From Candidatus Dojkabacteria bacterium (GTDB taxonomy: Bacteria > Patescibacteriota > Dojkabacteria > SC72 > JAHDCA01), in assembly GCA_030583845.1 (NCBI GenBank), contig CP129478.1:779686-843685 (forward strand): DNA of 64,000 nucleotides. Direction: 5' to 3'. This document shows, in pieces, positions 1-8,794 of the stretch. Position 1 is the first letter of the stretch; every line of letters starts with the position of its first letter. Made by a program: the position numbers and the translations under genes. Below the pieces are notes generated by a model, which was not told the DNA's origin, did not search any database, and saw only the letters and a list, made by a program, of their open reading frames with translations.

Positions 1-3000
1 CAGTAAGGGACTCAGATACACATGCTGTAGTGTTTACTGGTACAGCGACCTCGGTCAATAATGAGGTATATCATTTAGGCTTTGGAACCGGTGATCAAAG
101 TATCTATGTCGGTGCTGAGTGGTATATGGATTGTGATATGCCTGTGTACTCATATACACGCAAATTTGCTGTGTATGATTTCATGAACTGGACCTATGCT
201 CATATGCGTCAGTACACCTATCCAGAGCCAGCGCCTACTGTCGGTGCTGAGCAGGTATTATATGCACCTTCTGGAAGCTGGGAGTCTTCGAGTGAAGCAG
301 GCGATGTAATAGATATAGTGTGGAATGGAGGATGGGGGGATGGGACTCCGTCATCGACCGCATTTGAAGCAGATCTGACAGGCGCAACCGTAAGTGAGAA
401 TGTAACATTTCAGATCCGAACAGCAGAAGACCTAGAAGATCTTGAAGCTGCTTCATATACAACACTTGGTGTGGCAACATCCTCACCGTTTATACTTACA
501 GCTGATGACCTCGGCAACCTTGGTGTGGCTGTAGGATTCCATCGGTACATCCAGATCCGTGCGACATTAACTACTGGTGATGAGGCCGTTAGTCCGGCCT
601 TAGAGACATTCACGCTTAGCTATCTTCGAGATGACCTTGCTCCTACTACAAATGCGACAAATGTAGAATTATCTGTCGGTGATCCGGATTCATGGGTGAG
701 GGTTGATCCGACAATCGTATGGGATGCTGCTGACGACGATGCGCTTGGAAGTGGTGTAATGGGTTACTGTGCAGCTTTGGACGAGGTTGGGCTGTCTGAC
801 CCTCCCCCAAACAATGATCCTGAGACATCTTCGGGTATTTTAAACCCTGCTGACAGCGAGATCACACACCCATCGTGCCCATTTATTGTCTCAGGTGAGG
901 CATTTGATCTGTCGACACTTGGGAGCTTAGATCTTGAGTCTGGGCAACGATACTATCTATCTCTAAAGGCTATAGACTTTGCTGGCAATGTCTACAGTGG
1001 CATTGGATTCCAAAATCTATTGAGCTTCAGATTTGATAGCGCTGTGCCGAAGAATGTTGACTATATTAGCGTGCCTAATACGGTGTTTGGCTCGGTAGAT
1101 GACATGTTCTTTAGCTGGCCATCGGCTGGTGCTGCTGCCTCAGACGATCTCTATAACGGTGAAGAGCTCTCCGGTGTACATGGGTGGCAATACTCAATAA
1201 ACTCGACCACGGATTGGGGAGGGACAGATTATGACGCAGCTCTTGGGATATATTACATCCCTGATGACGGCCTGACCTACGAGCACACGCTCTCGGACGC
1301 GATAGATGGCGAAGATATCGCAATAGGGAATAATATAATATATGTAAGGACAGTCGATAGCGCCGGGAATCTTTCTTCGCACGTAACGGGTGTGCTGCAA
1401 TTTGGTGGAGAAGCACCGCAATTTGCGCCTGACGCTGAGATCACCATTACACCATCAACGAACACTGTAAACTCGTACTCGCTATCATGGCCAGAGGCAA
1501 ATCCTACAGATGGCAATACAATTGAATCGTACTACTACATGATAAACAGGACTCCCCCGAGCAATTTTGCGACACTAAGCACCAACAGCTCTATCTATAT
1601 ACCAACGGAGTCGACCACAGTGCCTACAGGACAACTGACCGGATCGGTTCGTGGCAGCAATAGTGTATGTGTCGTAGCAGTCGATAATGAGAATAACTAT
1701 TCAGCATCAAATAGCCTATGTGGCGAGTATACCTTAGATTCAACGGTGCCTGATCCTGTTCAGAATCTCTTCGTGACAGATAGCTCTGTCAGGACAAACG
1801 AGCTTTGGAGGTCAACGATAGTGTGGGAAGCTCCAGGATATCAAGGGACAGGTCAGCTTACTTACATCGTACAAAGAAGTCCTGATGATAGCTCTTGGAC
1901 CACCGTCGCAACCACCCCAGGTTTGGCTCATACGGATATAGTCCCTGAGTCTCAGCTATACTATTATCGTGTTGGGGTCTACGACACAAGTGATGAGTCA
2001 ATAGCGTCGCCGACATTCTCGACTTCCGTATCAATAATTCCAAGAGGGAGCTATACAGAGCCCGCCGACCTAGTGAGTGGCCCGAAAGTTGTTGAACTAA
2101 GCACCACTAACGCGCTCATTACATGGACAACCGGGCGTGGATCTGACAGCAAGGTGCAGTACGGGCTTGCTTCAGGTGAGTACTTTGATGAGGAGCCTTC
2201 AAAAGGTGAGCAGGTTAATGATCATGAAATAAGATTAATCAATCTTCGCCCAGGCACACAATACTTCTATAGAGCTAAATGGTCAGACGAGGACGGAAAC
2301 CTTGGAATATCAGATGAACAATCATTCGTGACCCAGCCAGCACCTGTTGTGACAGATCCTGCGATTACAAGAGTTAGCCTTAATTTCGCTACACTAAGAT
2401 TTACAGTACAGAATGCTTCCGCAGTGAAGATATATTATGGCAAATCGGCTTCGTTTGGAGGGGCTGAGGAGATCTCGACAGCCACTAGTAGGTCTACTTA
2501 TTCCGTAAACATTGAGGGTCTGGATGATGGATCTAAATACTTTTATAAAATAAATACATTTGATCCTGAAGGGAATGAGTATGAAGGTGTAGTTCTCAGC
2601 TTTGAGACGCTTCCGCGGCCGCAAGTATCAAATATCCGCATACAGCAGGTTAAAAATAGTGCCCAACCATCGATTGTTGTCACCTGGGACAGCAACACCG
2701 AGATTACCAGTGTAGTTTCTTACTATCCGACCAGTGATCCAGTGAATAGGCTTGAGGAAGTTGATATAGAGTTAATTAAAGGTGAGCATCAGCTTTTGAT
2801 ATCTAACCTTCAAGCTGAGACACAGTACGGACTTATCGTCTCAGGTGTCGACAGATTGGGAAATGAGGCACTCTCTTCTGAGCAGGTATTTACAACAGCA
2901 ACAGATACTCGACCTCCATTGATCAGTGATGTGAGTGTAGAGAGTTCTATAGTGGTAACAGAGGATGGGACAAGCACAGCCCAGCTTGTTGTATCGTGGA

Positions 3001-3278
3001 ATACAGATGAAGACGCAACCTCGCAGGTAGAGTACGGTATCGGAAATAGTACGGAGTATACCCAGAGAACCAGAGTTAATACTGATTTGAGTCTAAATCA
3101 CCTCGTAGTTATTTCTGAGCTTGATCCTTCAGCCGTTTATCATCTCAGAGTGCTTTCACAAGACTCGCAGGGTAACCAAGCGCAGTCAGGTGATATTATT
3201 ACGATAACACCGAAGCGTACTGATTCAGCGTTCGAACTAGTAGTAAACGGATTAAGAGATATATTTGGTTTCCTATAA
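1..3278 (+). CDS. 5'-partial giant secreted protein with tandem FN3 / purple-acid-phosphatase-N-like beta-sandwich repeats
   Basis: The frame is open to the window edge, and the listed start at nt 30 is only the first alternative start after an out-of-frame TAG. At least five degenerate repeats carry an FN3-like signature, e.g. ITWTTGRGSDSKVQYGLASGEY...LRPGTQYFYRAKWSDEDGN and VKIYYGKSASFGG...GSKYFYKINTFDPEGNE. There is no C-terminal TM segment. An ABC ATPase gene follows 2 nt downstream. Confidence 0.6.
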   Translation, partial: VRDSDTHAVVFTGTATSVNNEVYHLGFGTGDQSIYVGAEWYMDCDMPVYSYTRKFAVYDFMNWTYAHMRQYTYPEPAPTVGAEQVLYAPSGSWESSSEAGDVIDIVWNGGWGDGTPSSTAFEADLTGATVSENVTFQIRTAEDLEDLEAASYTTLGVATSSPFILTADDLGNLGVAVGFHRYIQIRATLTTGDEAVSPALETFTLSYLRDDLAPTTNATNVELSVGDPDSWVRVDPTIVWDAADDDALGSGVMGYCAALDEVGLSDPPPNNDPETSSGILNPADSEITHPSCPFIVSGEAFDLSTLGSLDLESGQRYYLSLKAIDFAGNVYSGIGFQNLLSFRFDSAVPKNVDYISVPNTVFGSVDDMFFSWPSAGAAASDDLYNGEELSGVHGWQYSINSTTDWGGTDYDAALGIYYIPDDGLTYEHTLSDAIDGEDIAIGNNIIYVRTVDSAGNLSSHVTGVLQFGGEAPQFAPDAEITITPSTNTVNSYSLSWPEANPTDGNTIESYYYMINRTPPSNFATLSTNSSIYIPTESTTVPTGQLTGSVRGSNSVCVVAVDNENNYSASNSLCGEYTLDSTVPDPVQNLFVTDSSVRTNELWRSTIVWEAPGYQGTGQLTYIVQRSPDDSSWTTVATTPGLAHTDIVPESQLYYYRVGVYDTSDESIASPTFSTSVSIIPRGSYTEPADLVSGPKVVELSTTNALITWTTGRGSDSKVQYGLASGEYFDEEPSKGEQVNDHEIRLINLRPGTQYFYRAKWSDEDGNLGISDEQSFVTQPAPVVTDPAITRVSLNFATLRFTVQNASAVKIYYGKSASFGGAEEISTATSRSTYSVNIEGLDDGSKYFYKINTFDPEGNEYEGVVLSFETLPRPQVSNIRIQQVKNSAQPSIVVTWDSNTEITSVVSYYPTSDPVNRLEEVDIELIKGEHQLLISNLQAETQYGLIVSGVDRLGNEALSSEQVFTTATDTRPPLISDVSVESSIVVTEDGTSTAQLVVSWNTDEDATSQVEYGIGNSTEYTQRTRVNTDLSLNHLVVISELDPSAVYHLRVLSQDSQGNQAQSGDIITITPKRTDSAFELVVNGLRDIFGFL

Positions 3279-3280
3279 TT

Positions 3281-4120
3281 ATGAACCAGGATATGGTTAC
3301 AGACATACAGATAGCTTCAGCTAAGTCATCGAAAGGTGACAGGAGTGAACAGTTCGCGTTGCAGAAGGATGCGATAACTGTATCAGATGTCAGGAAGGTC
3401 TTTAAAGTTGGCGAGCAAGATGTAGAAGTACTAAAAGGTGTGAGTTTGGCGATAAACCGTGGAGAGTTCACTATACTATTTGGACCCTCGGGGTGTGGAA
3501 AATCTACACTGCTTCATTTAATTCTTGGTTTGGAGGATCCAACAGCGGGAGAAGTAGACTTCATGGGGGTAAAGTTGAGCGGTAGCAATGATCCTAATTT
3601 TACTTCGACTTTTCGTAAGCTCAATATCGGCATGGTGTATCAGCAATCGCTCTGGGTAAAATCTTTATCTGTTCGAGAAAATGTCGCTCTTCCTCTAATG
3701 CTTGCCGGCACAAATAAAAATCAGGCTTTGAATCGATCTATCGAGATGCTTAGAATGGTTGGTATGCTCGATTGGGCGGACTATTTCCCTACAGAGCTGT
3801 CTGCTGGACAGCAGCAACGCACAGCAATGGCTAGGGCATTGGTTAATGACCCGGAAGTAATAGTGGCAGACGAGCCCACAGGTAATCTTGATTTTGAAAG
3901 CGGTAAAGATATGATGAGTCTATTCTATAAATTGAACCATGAATTAGGTAAGACAGTGATCTTAGTAACGCATGACTTGGAGTATCTGATTTATGCTGAT
4001 AAAGCATTCCAGATGTTAGATGGCCAAGTAATCGCAACACATGATAAGGGTGCTATTGAAGAGCTGCTGCACCATAATATTGGTCTAAAAAAGAACGGTA
4101 ATAATCATGAAGAAGCTTAA
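3281..4120 (+). CDS. ABC transporter ATP-binding protein (MacB/LolD/FtsE-like)
   Basis: Walker [16 protein letters not shown] signature LSAGQQQR and Walker [13 protein letters not shown] are present. It is tightly coupled to the flanking genes. Confidence 0.85.
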   Translation: MNQDMVTDIQIASAKSSKGDRSEQFALQKDAITVSDVRKVFKVGEQDVEVLKGVSLAINRGEFTILFGPSGCGKSTLLHLILGLEDPTAGEVDFMGVKLSGSNDPNFTSTFRKLNIGMVYQQSLWVKSLSVRENVALPLMLAGTNKNQALNRSIEMLRMVGMLDWADYFPTELSAGQQQRTAMARALVNDPEVIVADEPTGNLDFESGKDMMSLFYKLNHELGKTVILVTHDLEYLIYADKAFQMLDGQVIATHDKGAIEELLHHNIGLKKNGNNHEEA

Positions 4121-6122
4121 GATTGGCGCAAGCACCAAGAGATGGTTCAATCCGCATAATATTGCGGGCAAATTAAGAGCCGCTACCTTTGAGTTGAACT
4201 ATATTGTCCGATTCCTGTTTATTGTAAATGTATATGTTGTCACACGTACGATTCAGAAGATTCTGGCAATCAGGATTTTTCCATCTCTAGTTGCGTCGCA
4301 TTACAATATTTTCGCACTTAAAACATTTGCCTTCCTCAATCGTGTTGGTGATATGAAGCGGTATCCTAACAATATGACAATACTTACGATACTTGATCTC
4401 GCATTGAAAAACTTGAAATTCAAAAGGAGCAGAGCTTTTATTACAGTTAGTGGAGTATCATTAGGTATTGCGACTATCGTGTTTTTGGTGTCCCTCGGCT
4501 TTGGTCTCCAGGAGCTAGTAATTAGCAGAGCGATTTCACTCAAAGAGATGAGGCAAGCAGAGGTCGATACACAGCCCGGGAGCAAATTGAAGTTAAACGA
4601 TTCAGCTGTTACAGATATTAAAAAAATCTCGGAAGTGGATGAGGTTTTCCCAGTCATCGCAGTGGTGGGTAAGGTTGAGTACTCCGAATCTACATCGGAT
4701 ATTGCTATCTATGCTGTGCCAGGTGGTTACCTCGAGGAGTCGGCAATAAATATTGTCGAGGGTACACTGTTTGACGGCAAGATGGCTGTGGCAGGAGAAG
4801 GCGAGCAGGATGTTCTTGGTATCGGTACATACTCCGGGCACCCAGGTTTAGATAACTATCTTGGGAATGTGATAATGGGTGAGAGTGAGCCCGTATGGCT
4901 AGCTGTCAGGGTAACGCCGGATAAAGATTCTAGACTACTTGGATGGACTAATGCCAGGCTTTTAAAGGATAAAGCAGCCTCACATGTAAGCGGAGGTAAG
5001 TATCTGTACGCAGACGAGGAGAAGAATGACTGGTTCTATGGCCATATGCCTCTATGGGCCAAAGGAAGATGCTCGGAGGAGTGTGCAGATACTATTTATG
5101 AGCCGGTAAGAGATGACCGTGGTTATCAAACGAACGAGTGGGGTTACATCGAGAATCAGTATCTGGAGTACCAAAGTACTATTGTACCTAAGCCATCTGA
5201 AGAAGGGCTGAGTAGTGCTGTTCTTGGAGCTTCACTCGAGCTTTCTGACACCGTGGATCTGGAGTTTATTGAGATAGATGATGAGGAAGAGACCACAGAA
5301 AACGTCGTCGAAAAGGTTAATCTGGCAGCAAATGCTGAGAGAGTCGTCATCGTGAATCGTTCTGTGCTAAACCTATTGGGTGTTTCGGAACAGGAGGCGG
5401 TAGGTAGGAAACTTAAACTTGGCTATTCTGTCACCAATGAGTTGATATCAGAAGCAGGTTCACGAATCGAGTCGGTGCCAGAAGAGTATACAATTGTTGG
5501 AGTCACCTCTGATGAAAGCAGCCCATTTGCTTTCGTACCAATAACCGATCTTAAAGGTATCGGTGTTGCCAACTACTCACAGCTCAGAGTTGTGGCTGAA
5601 AGCAATGAGGCTCTAAGTGATATACGAAAGAAGATCGAGTCATTAGGGTTTGCGACTTCTTCTGTCGCAGATACCAAGGAACAGATAGATCAATTCTTTG
5701 CCACAGCTAGGATCATTCTCGCACTTGTGGGTAGCTTTGCCCTTGCTGTTGCATGCCTAGGAATGTTTAACACATTGACGGTATCACTCTTGGAAAGAAC
5801 CAGAGAGGTTGGGTTGCTTAGAGCCATGGGTATGCGTCCCGAGGAGGTAAGGATGCTTTTCCTCTCCGAGTCGATGATCATGGGCTTTTATGGTGGTGTT
5901 GGTGGACTGCTTTTAGGCTTCTTCATCGGTAAGCTATTAAGCATCGCTCTCTCTTTCCTATCTATAAGTAAAGGGTATGGGTTTATCGATGTGACGAATA
6001 TACCGATCTTGCTAGCTCTTGGTGTGGTAATGATCTCGTTCTTTGTTGGATTTGCAACTGGATTATATCCTGCTAACCGCGCCACCAAGATCTCGGCGTT
6101 GAACGCCTTGAGATACGAGTAG
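4107..6122 (+). CDS. ABC transporter permease, FtsX/MacB family with a large extracytoplasmic domain
   Basis: The C-terminal block LRAMGMRPEEVRMLFLSESMIMGF...ATKISALNALRYE is typical of FtsX/MacB permeases. An N-terminal TM follows KFKRSRAFITVSGVSLGIATIVF, and the insert between TM1 and TM2 is about 400 aa. The ATG at 4107 overlaps the ATPase stop (ATGA coupling), but the first ~80 aa are unlike the family, so the true start may be the ATG at 4353. Confidence 0.7.
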   Translation: MKKLKIGASTKRWFNPHNIAGKLRAATFELNYIVRFLFIVNVYVVTRTIQKILAIRIFPSLVASHYNIFALKTFAFLNRVGDMKRYPNNMTILTILDLALKNLKFKRSRAFITVSGVSLGIATIVFLVSLGFGLQELVISRAISLKEMRQAEVDTQPGSKLKLNDSAVTDIKKISEVDEVFPVIAVVGKVEYSESTSDIAIYAVPGGYLEESAINIVEGTLFDGKMAVAGEGEQDVLGIGTYSGHPGLDNYLGNVIMGESEPVWLAVRVTPDKDSRLLGWTNARLLKDKAASHVSGGKYLYADEEKNDWFYGHMPLWAKGRCSEECADTIYEPVRDDRGYQTNEWGYIENQYLEYQSTIVPKPSEEGLSSAVLGASLELSDTVDLEFIEIDDEEETTENVVEKVNLAANAERVVIVNRSVLNLLGVSEQEAVGRKLKLGYSVTNELISEAGSRIESVPEEYTIVGVTSDESSPFAFVPITDLKGIGVANYSQLRVVAESNEALSDIRKKIESLGFATSSVADTKEQIDQFFATARIILALVGSFALAVACLGMFNTLTVSLLERTREVGLLRAMGMRPEEVRMLFLSESMIMGFYGGVGGLLLGFFIGKLLSIALSFLSISKGYGFIDVTNIPILLALGVVMISFFVGFATGLYPANRATKISALNALRYE

Positions 6123-6148
6123 GGGATTGCCTCTTAGTTTTATCAAGC

Positions 6149-7453
6149 TTATTCGTAGCGAAGTGCCTCGATCGGGTCGAGTCTTGAAGCCTTCCTCGCC
6201 GGAATTAATGCCGCAATTAGGCTTATGCTTGTAAGGAAAAGGACGATAGGTATGAGCATCAATGGAGGGAAGAGGAACTGAATCGGCTCATCTACGCCTT
6301 GGCTCTCAAAATAGTTGAACAACAACGGGTTGAAAATAAGCCCACCAACAATCAACGCAGAAACAATGCCCACAACACCTCCCCAGAAGCCGATAAATGC
6401 TCCCTCGATTGAGAATAAAGCAAACACTGTGCGATTCGACATCCCGATGGCCTTCATTAAGCCTATCTCTTTAGTTCTTTCGTATACGCTCATTAGCATC
6501 GTATTTAAGATTCCAAAAAGCGATGCAAAGATTACGATACTTGAAAATCCAACAAGCCCTGAAGTAATGTAGACCCCTGCACTTTGCGCCAGCTGATTTA
6601 ATTGGGCAAAATTGAAGTATTGATAACCTTCCTTGTTTAGCTCGTCGGTGACCTTCTTCTCGGTCTCAGCTGTTGTGTCTTCAAGTACTAATACAGCTGT
6701 TTGAGCAGATGCCAATAGCGGATTCTCAGCACCTAGCTGCTCAGTCTGGATCTCTAGAGCCTTCACCTCTGTAATATAGAATGCTTCTGTATCAGTAATG
6801 CCTGTCGATTTGACTCCAACAATTTCCAATTCGTCAGAAACGATCACGCCACTGCTATCAAGATAGCTGATTGTAATGCTCTTCCCAACCAGCCTCTCTA
6901 CTTCTTCGGGATCGTGCTTGTCCAACTCCGCTGTCTCAAGATACTCCTCGGTGACAACAGTTTCGTCATCATCTTCTGGCAAGCGCCCTGCAAGCAGTTG
7001 CAGCTTCAGATCTGGATAGAAAAGTGTAGTGTTTGTTTGATATTTCCCCTCGACATCTTCGATCTCGACATATTGAACTTCGGTCGAGTAGTTGTAATAG
7101 ACCGAATCGACACCGTCGAGCGATTCAAAGTAGCTTCTATCATCCTGATTTAAGATAGGTATCCCACCAGCACTAACATTCGCCTGCTCTTCTGGCTCCT
7201 CATACTCTTCTAATCCAGTAGCTCCAGGCTCTCTTTCATTGGCGAAGTCACCGCCTGGGAAGACAGAGAGACTCCCTTCAGCTTCGACATTATTTAGCTC
7301 GCGGTTAAAAAGTGTGATTACACCGATTCCTGCGCCAAGCGCTAGTGTAAGCGTAGTACCTCCAACTGCCACTGCTAATATGGTCAGTAAGCTTCTGGTC
7401 TTTGACTGGACGATATGTCTATTACTTTTGATAAATATATCTTTAATCTTCAT
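6149..7453 (-). CDS. ABC transporter permease, FtsX/MacB family
   Basis: N-terminal MKIKDIFIKSNRHIVQSKTRSLLTILAVAVGGTTL and C-terminal MKAIGMSNRTVFALFSIEGAFIGF...ARKASRLDPIEALRYE match the family. It overlaps the upstream ATPase gene by 11 nt and converges on the plus-strand permease. Confidence 0.8.
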   Translation of the reverse strand: MKIKDIFIKSNRHIVQSKTRSLLTILAVAVGGTTLTLALGAGIGVITLFNRELNNVEAEGSLSVFPGGDFANEREPGATGLEEYEEPEEQANVSAGGIPILNQDDRSYFESLDGVDSVYYNYSTEVQYVEIEDVEGKYQTNTTLFYPDLKLQLLAGRLPEDDDETVVTEEYLETAELDKHDPEEVERLVGKSITISYLDSSGVIVSDELEIVGVKSTGITDTEAFYITEVKALEIQTEQLGAENPLLASAQTAVLVLEDTTAETEKKVTDELNKEGYQYFNFAQLNQLAQSAGVYITSGLVGFSSIVIFASLFGILNTMLMSVYERTKEIGLMKAIGMSNRTVFALFSIEGAFIGFWGGVVGIVSALIVGGLIFNPLLFNYFESQGVDEPIQFLFPPLMLIPIVLFLTSISLIAALIPARKASRLDPIEALRYE

Positions 7454-8114
7454 CTACGATTTTGCCGTCAACTAATTCTATCTGTCTTCCACACTTCTCT
7501 GCCAAATCTTCATCGTGCGTGACAATAACCAATGTTGTATTAAGCTCCGCATTCAACCCAAAAAGAATCTCTTCAATCTTGCGACCAGTTGCACTGTCGA
7601 GGTTGCCAGTCGGCTCATCAGCGAAAACTACCTGTGGCTGATTTATCAATGCCCTTGCGATGCATACTCGCTGCTTTTGGCCACCTGAAAGCTCATTCCC
7701 TTTATTTTTTGCCTTATCTTCCATCTCTACCAGTTTTAGCATCTCCATAACCTTTTCGTTGACCTCGCTCTTTGGCCTGTTCAATAGTAGTAGTGGAAAT
7801 GCAACATTGTCGTACACGCTTTCGCTATTAAACATGAAGAACGATTGGAATATGAAGCCGATATTTTCATTGCGGAATCTATTGAGCTGGCGTGACTTGA
7901 AATCGCGGAGATCTTTGCCGTTAAAGTTGATATTTCCTTCAGTTGGGGTATCAAGCGCGGCCAGTAAATGCATAAGCGTGGACTTGCCAGACCCTGACTT
8001 GCCAAGTATCGCCAAGCTCTCTCCTTGATCAATCTGTAGTGATACACCATCAAGCGCAGTAAAGCTGGTTTTACCCATCTTGTAAATTTTGGTGATGTTG
8101 TCTGCGCGAATCAT
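7443..8114 (-). CDS. ABC transporter ATP-binding protein (MacB/LolD-like)
   Basis: Walker A GKSGSGKSTLMH, signature LSGGQKQR and Walker [13 protein letters not shown] are present. Confidence 0.85.
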   Translation of the reverse strand: MIRADNITKIYKMGKTSFTALDGVSLQIDQGESLAILGKSGSGKSTLMHLLAALDTPTEGNINFNGKDLRDFKSRQLNRFRNENIGFIFQSFFMFNSESVYDNVAFPLLLLNRPKSEVNEKVMEMLKLVEMEDKAKNKGNELSGGQKQRVCIARALINQPQVVFADEPTGNLDSATGRKIEEILFGLNAELNTTLVIVTHDEDLAEKCGRQIELVDGKIVDED

Positions 8115-8175
8115 TCAACAGATATATTAGCACGAAAGCATATCTGAGGTACAGCTGACGTCAAGGCGAGGGGAT

Positions 8176-8787
8176 CTATAACTCCTCCGATTTCTTGTCT
8201 CTTCTTCGCCTCATAAAGATAAAAATCGCTGGTAGAAGGAGCAGAAGTAAACCACAAGAACTGACACTTCCTGCTACGAAGGTCGCTGTATCTATACCGA
8301 ATATAAGGCCATCGTCATTTTCCTCTCCACCGCCACCTCTGTTGTCACCGTCATCACTACCGCCATCGTCGTCATCGTCACTGTCAGGGTCATTCGGGTC
8401 ATTGTCCCTGCCGTCTGTGTCTTCCCCGCCATCACTGTCTCCATCGCCATCATCTGGATTGCTGCTTGAACCGCCGTTACCAGAGCCATTGCTGCTACCA
8501 CCCGACCCGCCATTCTCCTCTTCTTCTTCCTCACCACCGCTATCGCCTGGATCATCAGGTGGGTCATCGGGTGGCTCAGGATCTGGGAATTCTGAATTAT
8601 CGCCCCACGACTCACATCCTGGATCTGTGCCGAAGTCTATTGCACCATCGCCATCGTTGTCCATTCCGTCATTGCACTCCTCGAACCCGTAGATATATTG
8701 ATAAAATGTGGAAGCATAAGAGTGCTGAGCAGACAGAGCTAGGAGGAGCAAACAAAGGTAAATTGTGATCTTTCTTGCGAGATTCAT
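8176..8787 (-). CDS. Secreted Asp/Gly-rich acidic protein with a thrombospondin-type-3-like Ca-binding repeat and a C-terminal Cys-TM-RRRR anchor or sorting-signal-like tail
   Basis: A signal peptide MNLARKITIYLCLLLLALSAQHSYA is followed by CNDGMDNDGDGAIDFGTDPGC, a C-x-D-x-D-N-D-G-D-G-x-x-D...C motif. There is a ~120-aa D/G/S/E low-complexity region. The C-terminus is SVSSCGLLLLLLPAIFIFMRRRRDKKSEEL. The antisense ORF 8195..8692 is a low-complexity shadow. Confidence 0.5.
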   Translation of the reverse strand: MNLARKITIYLCLLLLALSAQHSYASTFYQYIYGFEECNDGMDNDGDGAIDFGTDPGCESWGDNSEFPDPEPPDDPPDDPGDSGGEEEEEENGGSGGSSNGSGNGGSSSNPDDGDGDSDGGEDTDGRDNDPNDPDSDDDDDGGSDDGDNRGGGGEENDDGLIFGIDTATFVAGSVSSCGLLLLLLPAIFIFMRRRRDKKSEEL

Positions 8788-8794
8788 CTTTCAA

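Noticed and set aside
30-32. GTG at nt 30 as the start of the first giant ORF
   Set aside because: The reading frame is open all the way to nt 3, so the gene is 5'-truncated by the window edge.
8195-8692. 165-aa Pro/Ser-rich ORF (and ORFs 8292..8615 and 8466..8768)
   Set aside because: These are antisense or alternate-frame shadows of the Asp/Gly low-complexity region of gene 8176..8787.
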